Positions 13,414 to 25,727 of a DNA stretch of 64,000 bases are shown here, in pieces. The position numbers were made by a program, and so were the translations under genes. The notes under the pieces are model-generated. The model was not told where the DNA came from and did not search any database. It was given only the letters and a program-made list of their open reading frames with translations. Each line of letters begins with the position of its first letter. Position 1 is the stretch's first letter. This stretch comes from Escherichia coli (GTDB lineage: Bacteria > Pseudomonadota > Gammaproteobacteria > Enterobacterales > Enterobacteriaceae), in the NCBI RefSeq assembly GCF_017348835.2, contig NZ_CP071375.1. One strand, written 5' to 3'.

Positions 13414-13562
13414 GACTCCTCCAGTGAGAAAATAGAGCAAAAAGATAAGTATAGATGCTGGAGGAGGGGCGATTTTAAATGAGAGGAATCTGGTGTGCCT
13501 CCCTTTCGGGTGAAAGGGAGGAAGGGATATTAAGCAGGTTGCTGACAACGTGCGGGCTTTTT

Positions 13563-13662
13563 TGCCGGATGCGGCGTGAACGCCTTATCCGTCCTACAAG
13601 TTCATGCAATTTTAATAAGTTGCCAGATATCCTGTAGGCCTGATAAGCGTAGCGCATCAGGC
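13563..13662. repeat. REP/BIME cluster between glnQ and ybiO
   Basis: gccggatgcggcgtgaacgccttatccg and gtaggcctgataagcgtagcgcatcaggc REP palindromes. Confidence 0.65.
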
Positions 13663-13673
13663 AATGTGTCTTA

Positions 13674-14396
13674 TTAAGAGACGTGCTGCAAAAATTCCTG
13701 CAAGCGCTGGCTCGGCGGGTTCTTGATCAACACCTGCGGGTCGCCATCTTCCGCAATTCGGCCTTTATCAATGAAGATAAGACGCGAAGCTACTTTCTCG
13801 GCAAAACCGATTTCGTGGGTCACGATCACCATCGTCATCCCTTCTTCAGCCAGATCCTGCATAACCTTCAGCACTTCATGGCGCAGTTCCGGGTCAAGAG
13901 CGGAAGTCGGTTCATCAAACAGCATCATTTTCGGCTTCACCGCCAGCGCACGGGCAATCGCCACACGCTGCTGTTGACCACCAGAAAGTTCGGAAGGGTA
14001 GTGATGTGCACGTTCTGCCAGACCGACTTTCGCCAGCAGCTCACGCGCCAGTTTTTCCGCCTCTTCTTTGTTCGCGCCACGCACGCGTAGCGGGCCAAAC
14101 ATGACGTTTTCCAGCGCCGTCAGATGCGGGAATATGTAAAACTGCTGGAACACCATACCTGCTTCCTGGCGAATCAGGCGCTCGTCAACTTTCGGATCGT
14201 TAACCTTCAGGCCATCGACAATCAGATCGCCGGAGGTGATTTCTTCCAGTTTGTTGATGCAGCGCAGCAGGGTCGATTTACCGGAACCGGACGGCCCGAT
14301 AATCACCACGACTTCGCCCTGAGCAATGTTCAAATCGATATTGTGCAGCACCTGGGTTGGACCAAAATGCTTGGAGACGTTTTTAAATTCAATCAC
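13674..14396 (-). CDS. glnQ: Glutamine ABC transporter ATP-binding protein GlnQ
   Basis: 240-aa ORF with Walker [10 protein letters not shown] and ABC signature LSGGQQQR. Confidence 0.93.
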
Positions 14397-15052
14397 AGGA
14401 TTTTCATCCTTCTTTCCAGACGACGCAGAATAAAGCTCAGCACCAGGGTAATAATCAGATAGAACACCGCCACGGCGCTCCAGATCTCAAGGGCGCGGAA
14501 GTTACCGGCAATAATTTCTTGCCCCTGACGGGTCAGTTCCGCCACGCCGATCACAATAAACAGCGAGGTGTCTTTAATGCTGATGATCCACTGGTTACCC
14601 AGCGGCGGCAGCATACGACGCAGTGCCAGCGGTAAAATGACGTAGCGAATGGTTTCCCAACGTGAAAGACCGAGCGCCAGTCCTGCTTCACGAAAACCTT
14701 TGTGGATAGACAGCACCGCACCACGCGTGATTTCCGCAATGTACGCGCCGGAGTTGATCATGATGGTGACCACCGCCGCAGTAAATGGGTCGATGCGTAA
14801 GTCGTTAAACGCCATCGGCAGGGCGAAATAAATAAACATCACCTGGACGACGATAGGTGTGCCGCGGATCACTTCAATAAAGACCAGCGCGACGTGGTTG
14901 GCTATCCAACCACCGAATGTGCGTGCAAAACCTGCCAGCAATCCGATTACCAGACCGCCAGCCAGACCGAGGACCGAAATCCACAGGGTCATTTTGGCAC
15001 CTTCAATCAGAAGCGGAATGGCAGGCCAGATGGCACTCCAGTCAAACTGCAT
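14393..15052 (-). CDS. glnP: Glutamine ABC transporter permease GlnP
   Basis: 219-aa membrane ORF, 4-bp overlap with glnQ. Confidence 0.93.
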
Positions 15053-15189
15053 ATGTTGTTCCTGTTACCGTGGTGTAAATAATCAAAGTTAGGGTAATTA
15101 ATGGCCCCGGAGCGGGTTTGCGCCTTCACCCTAATCCTCTCCCCAGAGGGGAGAGGGAACTGCCAGTGCGCTTTACAGGCGTAGCATTA

Positions 15190-15951
<762 letters not shown>

Positions 15952-15988
15952 CTATCCACGGGACGATCCCCTGCGTGACATTCACATA

Positions 15989-16006
15989 TATGAAAAAATC
16001 GTGCCA
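15989..16006 (-). promoter_or_regulatory. Sigma-54 (-24/-12) promoter element for glnH (glnHp2)
   Basis: Minus-strand TGGCACGATTTTTTCATA matches GG-N10-(G)C spacing, about 50 bp upstream of glnH start. Confidence 0.6.
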
Positions 16007-16039
16007 GTTTTGCAACTCATTGATTTTTCGAGATGCGGC

Positions 16040-16112
16040 AAAAACGTGATGCACGATTTATAGGGCAATACCCTGAAGATGCACCATTCTGGGGCACCAA
16101 ACTGGTGCGCTA
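16040..16112 (-). promoter_or_regulatory. NtrC enhancer sites upstream of glnHp2
   Basis: Overlapping matches to TGCACCA-N3-TGGTGCA: gcaccattctggggcacc and gcaccaaactggtgcgc. Confidence 0.55.
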
Positions 16113-16267
16113 AAATTGTGCACTCAACACAGTGATTATTTAGCGTAAAACCTGATGAAAAAACAATCTTTATGTAACGATTGTGTGATGATGTGGATAC
16201 AAAAAATTTACTTAACCAGCTGGAGATAGCAGATGGATGCACTAAATAAGTGCGTTGAGGCGGGCTG

Positions 16268-16300
16268 CAAAACAAAACGGCCTCCTGTCAGGAAGCCGCT
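16268..16300 (-). terminator. Candidate terminator downstream of dps
   Basis: Imperfect hairpin cggcctcctg/caggaagccg with T-rich tract on the minus strand. Confidence 0.45.
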
Positions 16301-16339
16301 TTTATCGTGTACTAAAGTTCTGCACCATCAGCGATGGAT

Positions 16340-16987
<648 letters not shown>

Positions 16988-17105
16988 TTAGATATATTGA
17001 TAAGAACAATTCTTATTTATTTGCTCGCCAGGAATTTTCGGAATAAATATGCTTTTGCATAATTCGATATATAAAGACGGTGTAGAGGAAAAGTAGCGAG
17101 AAATT

Positions 17106-17131
17106 CTGCATGGTTATGCATAACCATGCAG
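17106..17131. repeat. Perfect 26-bp palindrome ctgcatggttatgcataaccatgcag just 3' of rhtA
   Basis: Exact reverse-complement symmetry; possible rhtA terminator hairpin or dimeric protein-binding site. Confidence 0.7.
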
Positions 17132-17141
17132 AAATGTAAAT

Positions 17142-18029
17142 TTAATTAATGTCTAATTCTTTTATTTTGCTCTCTTTGCGTACTGTCAGCGTAGAACCCA
17201 TTGAAGCGGCGATAATCGCGCCGAGCGCCAGCAGCTGTATGGGTGTCAGTGTTTCTCCGAGGAAAATCATCCCGGAAACGGCAGCCAGCGCCGGTTCCAT
17301 GCTCATCAGCGTACCAAATGTCCGTGTTGGCAAACGGGTGAGGGCAATCATTTCCAGCGAATAAGGCAGAGCGGTCGAGAGAATAGCGACAGCCAGACCC
17401 AATGGAATAACCGACCAGTGCCAGAGTGCTTCACCAGCCTGAAGCGCTCCAATTGGCACGAAAATTAACGCTGCAATCAACGAACCAATTGCCACCGTCG
17501 CAGGGCCATGTTCCGCTCCTGCGCGTTGCCCACTTAAAATGTAAATAGCCCAACAAGCCCCGGCCCCCAGTGCCAGCGCACAGCCGGTTAAATCGACATG
17601 GGAAACGTCTTGCCCCAGAGGTAGCAGGAACCACAGACCAAGAACCGCCAGCACAACCCAGACGAAATCTACCGGGCGACGAGAAGAGAACAGCGCCACC
17701 GCCAGTGGTCCGGTGAACTCCAGCGCCACCGCAATACCCAGCGGTACTGTCTGAATAGAAAGATAAAAAAGATAATTCATCCCACCCAGCGAAACGCCGT
17801 AAAACAACAGCGGTAACCGTTGCTCTTTGGCAAAGCGCAGTCGCCATGGCTTAAAGAACGCGATGAGGATCAGCGTTCCTAATGCCAGGCGCAGCGCAGT
17901 GACACCCGGTGCGCCCACCAGAGGAAAAAGTGACTTAGCTAACGAGGCTCCACCCTGAATAGACGCCATGGCAACGAGCAATATGACTATTGGTAACCAG
18001 ACCGGCATTTTACGTAATGAACCAGGCAT
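17142..18029 (-). CDS. rhtA: Threonine/homoserine exporter RhtA (DMT/EamA family)
   Basis: ORF 17142..18041 trimmed to MPGSLRKMPVWLPIV start (295 aa). Confidence 0.88.
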   Translation of the reverse strand: MPGSLRKMPVWLPIVILLVAMASIQGGASLAKSLFPLVGAPGVTALRLALGTLILIAFFKPWRLRFAKEQRLPLLFYGVSLGGMNYLFYLSIQTVPLGIAVALEFTGPLAVALFSSRRPVDFVWVVLAVLGLWFLLPLGQDVSHVDLTGCALALGAGACWAIYILSGQRAGAEHGPATVAIGSLIAALIFVPIGALQAGEALWHWSVIPLGLAVAILSTALPYSLEMIALTRLPTRTFGTLMSMEPALAAVSGMIFLGETLTPIQLLALGAIIAASMGSTLTVRKESKIKELDIN

Positions 18030-18381
18030 CCTTTCTCCCACAAATATCTAGACTTAAGTAAAGCGTGGAGTGTACTGGATATACCCAATGCTGGTTGAGC
18101 ATTTGTTGAAAAAATTTTCCCCCGTTTTGACTAAAATGCGCCAGGATTGATGGAATCATTAGTCTGGTGATTAGGAATAATCTGGATGAATGACAGGGAA
18201 AACATGCGTAATACTTACGCAGTTCTCTGAAAAAGTGATTTAAATTTAGATGGATAGCGGTGTATGGAAACGTTCTGTTACATGAAATGGCCCGTTAGAC
18301 ATCACAAATCGCGAAGAGTTTCCCATTAATTTTTGATATATTTAAAACTTAGGACTTATTTGAATCACATTTGAGGTGGTT

Positions 18382-18897
18382 ATGAAAAAAATTGCATGTC
18401 TTTCAGCACTGGCCGCAGTTCTGGCTTTCACCGCAGGTACTTCCGTAGCTGCGACTTCTACCGTAACTGGCGGTTACGCACAGAGCGACGCTCAGGGCCA
18501 AATGAACAAAATGGGCGGTTTCAACCTGAAATACCGCTATGAAGAAGACAACAGCCCGCTGGGTGTGATCGGTTCTTTCACTTACACCGAGAAAAGCCGT
18601 ACTGCAAGCTCTGGTGACTACAACAAAAACCAGTACTACGGCATCACTGCTGGTCCGGCTTACCGCATTAACGACTGGGCAAGCATCTACGGTGTAGTGG
18701 GTGTGGGTTATGGTAAATTCCAGACCACTGAATACCCGACCTACAAACACGACACAAGCGACTACGGTTTCTCCTACGGTGCGGGTCTGCAGTTCAACCC
18801 GATGGAAAACGTTGCTCTGGACTTCTCTTACGAGCAGAGCCGTATTCGTAGCGTTGACGTAGGCACCTGGATTGCCGGTGTTGGTTACCGCTTCTAA
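18382..18897 (+). CDS. ompX: Outer membrane protein OmpX
   Basis: ORF trimmed to MKKIACLSALAAVLAFTAGTSVA signal peptide (171 aa); GAGG RBS. Confidence 0.93.
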   Translation: MKKIACLSALAAVLAFTAGTSVAATSTVTGGYAQSDAQGQMNKMGGFNLKYRYEEDNSPLGVIGSFTYTEKSRTASSGDYNKNQYYGITAGPAYRINDWASIYGVVGVGYGKFQTTEYPTYKHDTSDYGFSYGAGLQFNPMENVALDFSYEQSRIRSVDVGTWIAGVGYRF

Positions 18898-18911
18898 TCA
18901 CTTCGGTGATA

Positions 18912-18947
18912 TAAAAAATCCGCCTCTCGGGGCGGATTTTTTGTTTT
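18912..18947. terminator. Bidirectional rho-independent terminator between ompX and opgE
   Basis: Hairpin aaaaaatccgcc/tctcg/gggcggatttttt with A-run upstream and T-run downstream. Confidence 0.75.
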
Positions 18948-20529
18948 AAGGTTTCGGGTCGAAAATATCGGTTCCGAGATGGTTGTAATCCACCTTCTGT
19001 AACTGGAAGTTGGTGATGTATATCGGCCCGGCTTTCTTCTCAGATATAAACGGGTATTTGATGTTAATTTCCTTCGCTTTAATTCCCGTCCACTGGGAGA
19101 AAAAGCCTAAGAAGTCATTGGCTGAGCGGCGGGCTTTAATCACACGATGCGCTTTATCGTCGCTGGAAATGACCATAAAAGGCACCTGGAAATTTTGCTG
19201 ATATTTATCATCATGGGCAAGGTATTGCACGTCTTTGCCGCGCTCTTTAAAGGCCAGACCGTGGTCAGAAAAGTAAACCAGCGAGAAGCTGCTGCCGCTG
19301 TTGCGTAACTGATCGTACAGCTTGCGCAGTAAATCGTCCGTTTGCGTCATGGTATAGAGATAGCACGACGTTTCTTTCGATTGCACAAAGGTTTCGTATT
19401 TGCCTTGTGTCCGGTCGCAGGCCTGCGGATGTGAGCCCATCAGATGTAGAACAATCAGCTGCGGTTGCGAGTGCTCTTGCGCCAGCACTTGAGCGGTCAT
19501 ATCCAGTAACGCTTCGTCTTTGGTGTTTTTATCTGCTTCAAAATTACCTTCTTTCAGGAAGTACACTTCATCTGCTCGTTTGGCGATGCTGGCGATGGCG
19601 GTATCGTATTCGCCGATTTGACCCTGGTTGGAAAACCACCAGGTCTGGAAGCCCGCGCGATTTGCCAGGGTGACAAAGTTATCCTGAAACTGTGGCTTGC
19701 CATCGATAACGCGATTGAGCGTTAAGCCAAGCGATTTCTGCGTGGAGCCACTGGCGGCAATGTAGTCAGCAAATATCAAACCGTTAACGCTGCTGGCAAA
19801 CGGGGTATTGTCCCAGTGACCGCCAAAGGCACCGAGGGCATCGCGACGCGCGCTTTCACCGATCACCACCACATAGGTCTGATACTTCGGCTTAACGGCA
19901 GTGACCGTCCAGGTATCTTTCATTCCGGAAAGTTTTGCCATCCGTTCTTGCTCTTCAATCACCTCGTTATTATTGACGATGACATCCTTAGCAAAACGAA
20001 ATACCGGATAGCCAGTATCTTTCAGTTTAAATACGCCACCCCAGGCCAGGTTTTGCACGGGAGCAACAAAAAATGTCGCCACACTGAATACCAGACACAG
20101 GCTGTCGAAGGTATTCCAGCGCGCTTTTTCATTCTCTTTTTTTCGCCTGATTGCTATTACGCCGAGCGCAAAAATAAATAAGCCGACCAGGTAGCTGTAC
20201 CACGGAAAAATCGTCAGGATTTCGGTCGACTCTTCCATATTGGTGGAGTGCAATGCCAGCAATGTATTGAAATTAGGCGCGCCGTAGGCCTGAGCAAAAG
20301 GGAAATAACAAGCCGCCACCAGCGAACTGACACCGACCAGAACTTTTTGTACGCGAGGCAATGTTCGCCATAGCAAAAGCAAAATAGCCGTAAACGCAGC
20401 GGTGTAGAGCAAACTGAAGGGATAACCTAAGCCGAGGTTAATTAATAGCGACTGTAAAAAGTAGAACGCAGTCCACGGGCTAAATACCCGGCTACGGGTA
20501 ACAAGCGATTCTTTGAGGGTTAAATTCAT
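18946..20529 (-). CDS. opgE: Phosphoethanolamine transferase OpgE (YbiP)
   Basis: 527-aa ORF, N-terminal transmembrane segments plus sulfatase-like domain. Confidence 0.88.
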   Translation of the reverse strand: MNLTLKESLVTRSRVFSPWTAFYFLQSLLINLGLGYPFSLLYTAAFTAILLLLWRTLPRVQKVLVGVSSLVAACYFPFAQAYGAPNFNTLLALHSTNMEESTEILTIFPWYSYLVGLFIFALGVIAIRRKKENEKARWNTFDSLCLVFSVATFFVAPVQNLAWGGVFKLKDTGYPVFRFAKDVIVNNNEVIEEQERMAKLSGMKDTWTVTAVKPKYQTYVVVIGESARRDALGAFGGHWDNTPFASSVNGLIFADYIAASGSTQKSLGLTLNRVIDGKPQFQDNFVTLANRAGFQTWWFSNQGQIGEYDTAIASIAKRADEVYFLKEGNFEADKNTKDEALLDMTAQVLAQEHSQPQLIVLHLMGSHPQACDRTQGKYETFVQSKETSCYLYTMTQTDDLLRKLYDQLRNSGSSFSLVYFSDHGLAFKERGKDVQYLAHDDKYQQNFQVPFMVISSDDKAHRVIKARRSANDFLGFFSQWTGIKAKEINIKYPFISEKKAGPIYITNFQLQKVDYNHLGTDIFDPKP

Positions 20530-20800
20530 ATGCCACTATCGTAACAAACGCCATGTGCTTACCCTGGCGTCAAGGGTCAATACCTGCAAGAGTGCGTGAA
20601 GAGGGGAAAGGGGTCCGCATCCGCGAGCCGCAATATACGCAGGGCTGCAAGAAGATAGAGCGAGCCGCCGTTCAGGTCAACTACTGACGAACAAATCTTT
20701 TGCGAAGGGGATTGCAAATCCGACAAAAAGTGGGGTTTTTCAGACCAAAACGCGTTATGCCTGCATGAAAGCAGGAGGGAAGCGGCGTACCGCGACGCCG

Positions 20801-20929
20801 CTATTTATCGGAAGGTTTATCTTGCTGCGGTTTGTTGTTGACCATATCGCACAACATAGAGAGCAGCATTAACCGTACTTTAAAGGGAGAATGACTAAAC
20901 ACGCGCATACACCTCTTGAACTCATTCAT
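20801..20929 (-). CDS. mntS: Small protein MntS (42 aa), within the rybA transcript region
   Basis: Minus-strand ORF translates exactly to MNEFKRCMRVFSHSPFKVRLMLLSMLCDMVNNKPQQDKPSDK; too short for the ORF track. Confidence 0.85.
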   Translation of the reverse strand: MNEFKRCMRVFSHSPFKVRLMLLSMLCDMVNNKPQQDKPSDK

Positions 20930-20984
20930 AAGACCTCCTGACTTGCTAATCCCGTCGATCCTTGAGGGATGATTGCATTACATA

Positions 20985-21020
20985 CAGATATAGCACAGGC
21001 TATATTATATAGCTATTGCT
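20985..21020. promoter_or_regulatory. Candidate MntR operator upstream of mntS
   Basis: Palindrome atatagcacaggctatat plus adjacent atatagctat half-site, 60-90 bp upstream of mntS start. Confidence 0.5.
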
Positions 21021-21114
21021 AAAACGTTAATTTTTTGTACCTTCGCAACTCTGGTTTACAATGTGCGCACGAAATGAGAACGCTATGTATGCGTCACCAT
21101 AATGAGGAAGCACA

Positions 21115-21582
21115 ATGAGTCGTCGCGCAGGTACGCCAACAGCAAAAAAAGTGACGCAGTTAGTGAACGTGGAAGAGCACGTTGAAGGGTTCCGCCAGGT
21201 CAGAGAGGCGCATCGACGCGAGCTTATTGATGATTACGTTGAGCTGATTTCTGACTTGATCAGGGAAGTGGGGGAAGCTCGTCAGGTAGACATGGCTGCT
21301 CGTTTGGGAGTTTCGCAACCGACGGTGGCTAAAATGCTTAAGCGACTGGCAACCATGGGGCTGATTGAAATGATCCCCTGGCGAGGCGTGTTTTTAACGG
21401 CAGAAGGAGAGAAGCTGGCGCAGGAAAGCCGCGAGCGACATCAGATAGTCGAAAATTTCTTGTTGGTGTTGGGCGTCAGTCCGGAAATCGCCCGTCGCGA
21501 CGCGGAAGGCATGGAGCACCATGTTAGTGAAGAGACGCTCGACGCTTTTCGTTTGTTTACCCAGAAACACGGTGCCAAATGA
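21115..21582 (+). CDS. mntR: Manganese-responsive regulator MntR (DtxR family)
   Basis: 155-aa ORF; AGGAAG RBS. Confidence 0.92.
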
Positions 21583-22697
21583 GCCTGCCTTTTTTACGCA
21601 CGCTGCAAGGCGATCGTTTTTTTCAGTTATTAATTCTTGTTGGTATCGGATTAAGCTTTTTCGTGCCCTTTGCACCGAAATCCTGGCCTGCTGCTATCGA
21701 CTGGCACACCATCATCACATTAAGCGGCCTGATGCTGCTGACCAAAGGTGTGGAGTTAAGCGGTTATTTTGATGTGCTGGGGCGCAAAATGGTGCGCCGC
21801 TTTGCTACGGAGCGTCGGCTGGCGATGTTTATGGTGCTGGCGGCGGCGCTGCTTTCTACCTTTCTGACCAACGATGTCGCGCTGTTTATTGTTGTTCCGC
21901 TGACTATCACGCTAAAAAGACTGTGTGAGATCCCGGTTAATCGGCTGATTATTTTTGAGGCGCTGGCAGTCAACGCTGGTTCGCTACTGACGCCAATTGG
22001 CAACCCGCAAAATATTCTTATCTGGGGACGTTCTGGTCTTTCGTTTGCCGGATTTATTGCCCAAATGGCACCGCTGGCTGGCGCAATGATGCTGACACTC
22101 CTGCTGTTGTGCTGGTGTTGTTTCCCTGGAAAGGCGCTGCAATACCATACGGGGGTGCAAACACCGGAGTGGAAACCGCGGCTGGTGTGGAGTTGTCTGG
22201 GGCTGTATATCGTTTTTCTGACGGCGCTGGAGTTCAAACACGAGCTGTGGGGACTGGTGATTGTGGCGGCGGGCTTTGCGCTGCTGGCGCGTCGCGTGGT
22301 GTTGAGTGTGGACTGGACGTTGCTGCTGGTGTTTATGGCGATGTTTATCGACGTCCATTTACTGACCCAGCTTCCAGCGTTGCAAGACGTGTTGGGTAAC
22401 GTGAGTCATTTATCTGAACCCGGATTATGGTTAACGGCAATCGGTTTATCGCAGGTGATCAGTAACGTGCCGAGTACCATATTGTTGCTGAACTATGTGC
22501 CGCCGTCTTTATTACTGGCATGGGCGGTAAACGTAGGTGGCTTTGGGTTATTACCCGGATCGCTGGCAAATTTGATTGCGCTACGTATGGCGAACGATCG
22601 CCGCATCTGGTGGCGTTTCCATCTCTATTCAATACCGATGCTGTTGTGGGCGGCGTTGGTGGGATATGTTTTGTTAGTTATACTCCCGGCCAACTAG
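21579..22697 (+). CDS. ybiR: Putative anion permease YbiR
   Basis: 372-aa polytopic membrane ORF, 4-bp overlap with mntR. Confidence 0.88.
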
Positions 22698-22707
22698 GGT
22701 CTGGCAA

Positions 22708-22744
22708 ATAAAAAAGGCGGATTATGAGTCCGCCTTTTGCTTTA
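22708..22744. terminator. Bidirectional terminator between ybiR and ldtB
   Basis: aaaaaaggcgga/ttatgag/tccgccttttgcttt hairpin with A- and T-tracts. Confidence 0.75.
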
Positions 22745-22755
22745 AGTTTTGAAGA

Positions 22756-23676
22756 TTAATTCAGACGAACCGGCATCCCGGAGCGGTTTTTAATCGCTTC
22801 ATCAAGAACAACCTGGTCAACATCTGGCTGACCGGTCACTGTCTGCACGCTCTTCGTCAGGGTAATTGGCACAATTTCCTGACCTTCAAACTGGGCTTCG
22901 GTGGTAGACAGCGGGTTATGGACTTCAATGTAACGGCTGCCGTCTGGCTCGGTGGTCGCTTTTACCGGCTCATCAATAAACTGTACGCGGGTACCGACCG
23001 GTACTTTCTCGAACAGGAATTTGATGTCTTCGTTACGCAGACGCACACAACCATGACTTACACGCAGACCGATACCGAAGTTGGCGTTGGTGCCATGGAT
23101 AGCATACAGGCGACCGATGTAGAGTGCATACAGACCCATCGGGTTATCCGGACCTGCCGGAACCACAGCCGGTAGCGGTTCGCCCGCAGCGCGGTACTCT
23201 GCGTGCATTTTGGCGGTCGGCGTCCAGGTCGGGCCTGCTTTCTTACGCTCAACTTTGGTGGTCCAGTTGATAGGCGTGTCTTTGCCTAACTGACCAATGC
23301 CGATCGGCAGCACGATAACGGTGTTGGTCCCTTTCGGATAGTAATACAGACGCATCTCAGCACTGTTAATGACGATGCCTTCATGAACGGTATCCGGCAG
23401 GATCAGCTGCTGCGGAATGTTCAGTACAGTACCGCCTTTCGGCAGGAAGGTATCCACACCCGGGTTCGCTTCCATCATATTGGAAAGCCCCATCTGGTAC
23501 TCGGCGGCAAAATACTCCAGCGGCTGAGTGTTACCTTCAGGAATGGTGATCACCTGATTCTGACCAACCAGGCGACTCCCGTCGGTTGGCAGAGGATAAG
23601 TTACCGCAGAGGCGGTACTGCAAAAGCCGACAACAGCGAAGGCCGCTGCGAATAATGTTTTCAATTTCATATTCAT
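22756..23676 (-). CDS. ldtB: L,D-transpeptidase LdtB (YbiS)
   Basis: 306-aa ORF with signal peptide and YkuD-type catalytic HG..C region. Confidence 0.9.
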
Positions 23677-23894
23677 GTTAAGCGAGATTTTGTGCCTGGC
23701 AGGCCATTGGGTTGAGAATATTAGAGTATTGGAAGCGCATTATAAGTTCATTCCAGCTCACAGTGAAATCAGATGTGTACGAAATCACATTTTTTGCCTT
23801 TGGCTTGAGTGTAGACCTTAAGCGAGGAGCAGGATCTTCTTTCAGACTTATGGCATAATGCGCGGTTTGTCATATCTCTTTTCAGGATACGCCT

Positions 23895-25487
23895 GTGTTA
23901 GTTTCCAGTAACGTCACCATGCAGTTCGGCAGTAAGCCGTTGTTTGAAAACATTTCCGTCAAATTTGGCGGCGGCAACCGTTACGGCCTGATTGGCGCGA
24001 ACGGTAGTGGTAAATCCACCTTTATGAAGATCCTCGGCGGCGACTTAGAGCCGACGTTGGGTAACGTTTCCCTCGATCCCAACGAGCGCATTGGTAAGCT
24101 GCGTCAGGATCAGTTTGCCTTTGAAGAGTTCACTGTGCTGGATACGGTGATCATGGGGCATAAAGAGTTGTGGGAAGTGAAGCAGGAGCGTGACCGCATC
24201 TATGCTTTGCCGGAAATGAGTGAAGAAGACGGCTATAAAGTGGCCGATCTGGAAGTTAAATACGGCGAAATGGACGGTTACTCTGCGGAAGCTCGCGCCG
24301 GTGAATTGTTGCTTGGCGTGGGAATTCCAGTGGAACAGCACTACGGCCCGATGAGTGAAGTTGCTCCTGGCTGGAAGCTGCGTGTGCTGCTGGCGCAGGC
24401 GCTGTTTGCTGATCCGGATATTCTCCTGCTCGACGAACCGACCAACAACCTCGACATCGACACCATTCGCTGGCTGGAACAGGTGCTGAACGAGCGCGAC
24501 AGCACCATGATCATCATCTCGCACGACCGTCACTTCCTTAACATGGTCTGTACCCACATGGCGGATCTGGATTACGGCGAGCTGCGCGTTTATCCGGGTA
24601 ACTACGATGAGTACATGACGGCGGCGACCCAGGCGCGTGAACGTCTGCTGGCCGATAACGCCAAGAAGAAAGCGCAGATTGCTGAGTTGCAATCTTTCGT
24701 TAGCCGCTTTAGCGCCAACGCCTCGAAATCTCGCCAGGCAACTTCGCGCGCGCGCCAGATTGATAAAATCAAACTGGAAGAGGTGAAAGCCTCCAGCCGT
24801 CAGAACCCGTTCATCCGTTTTGAACAGGATAAGAAACTGTTCCGTAACGCGCTGGAAGTGGAAGGTCTGACCAAAGGGTTTGATAACGGTCCGCTGTTTA
24901 AAAATCTCAACCTGCTGCTGGAAGTGGGTGAAAAACTGGCGGTACTGGGTACCAACGGCGTCGGTAAATCAACGCTGCTGAAAACGCTGGTGGGCGATCT
25001 GCAACCGGACAGCGGCACCGTAAAATGGTCTGAGAACGCGCGCATTGGTTACTATGCTCAGGACCACGAATATGAGTTTGAAAATGATCTGACCGTGTTC
25101 GAATGGATGAGCCAGTGGAAGCAGGAAGGCGATGACGAGCAGGCGGTACGCAGCATTCTCGGTCGTTTGCTGTTCAGCCAGGACGACATCAAAAAGCCAG
25201 CTAAAGTGCTTTCCGGTGGGGAAAAAGGGCGGATGCTGTTTGGTAAGTTAATGATGCAGAAGCCGAACATTCTGATCATGGACGAACCGACCAACCACCT
25301 GGATATGGAATCCATTGAGTCGCTGAACATGGCACTGGAACTGTATCAGGGCACGCTGATCTTTGTTTCACACGACCGTGAGTTCGTAAGCTCCCTGGCG
25401 ACCCGCATTCTGGAAATCACCCCGGAACGCGTGATCGACTTTAGCGGTAATTACGAAGATTACCTGCGTAGTAAAGGGATCGAGTAA
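23895..25487 (+). CDS. ybiT: ABC-F family ATPase YbiT
   Basis: 530-aa ORF with two ABC cassettes (two Walker A, two LSGGE signatures), no membrane domain. Confidence 0.9.
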
Positions 25488-25496
25488 GTGATTATC

Positions 25497-25525
25497 CGTC
25501 ACCCCGATACTGTCGGGGTGACGGC
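25497..25525 (+). terminator. Hairpin just after ybiT stop
   Basis: Perfect 10-bp stem ccgtcacccc/ggggtgacgg; no T-run. Confidence 0.4.
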
Positions 25526-25547
25526 GGCTGATGACAAATGCAAAATA

Positions 25548-25648
25548 GCCTGATGCGCTACGCTTATCAGGCCTACGCAGTACCTGCAATATATTGAATC
25601 TGCAGGACTTTGTAGGCCGGATAAGGCGTTAACGCCGCATCAGGCATT
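25548..25648. repeat. REP/BIME cluster between ybiT and ybiU
   Basis: cctgatgcgctacgcttatcaggcctac and gtaggccggataaggcgttaacgccgcatcaggc REP units. Confidence 0.65.
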
Positions 25649-25727
25649 AACAAAGCGCATTTGTCAGCAATCTGAGTAACGTCGAATCGATTTTCTTAAT
25701 CCCACATCAATTCACTTCCATTAATTC

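Noticed and set aside
10184-13548. N-terminally extended versions of rlmF (335 aa) and ybiO (786 aa) from the ORF track
   Set aside because: Internal ATGs give the known protein lengths, have better RBS spacing and, for ybiO, start at the signal peptide. The same trimming was applied to dps, gsiA, gsiB, bssR, dacC, mdfA, rcdA, grxA, ybjN, potF, ybjG, rhtA, ybiX, mcbA and fsaA.
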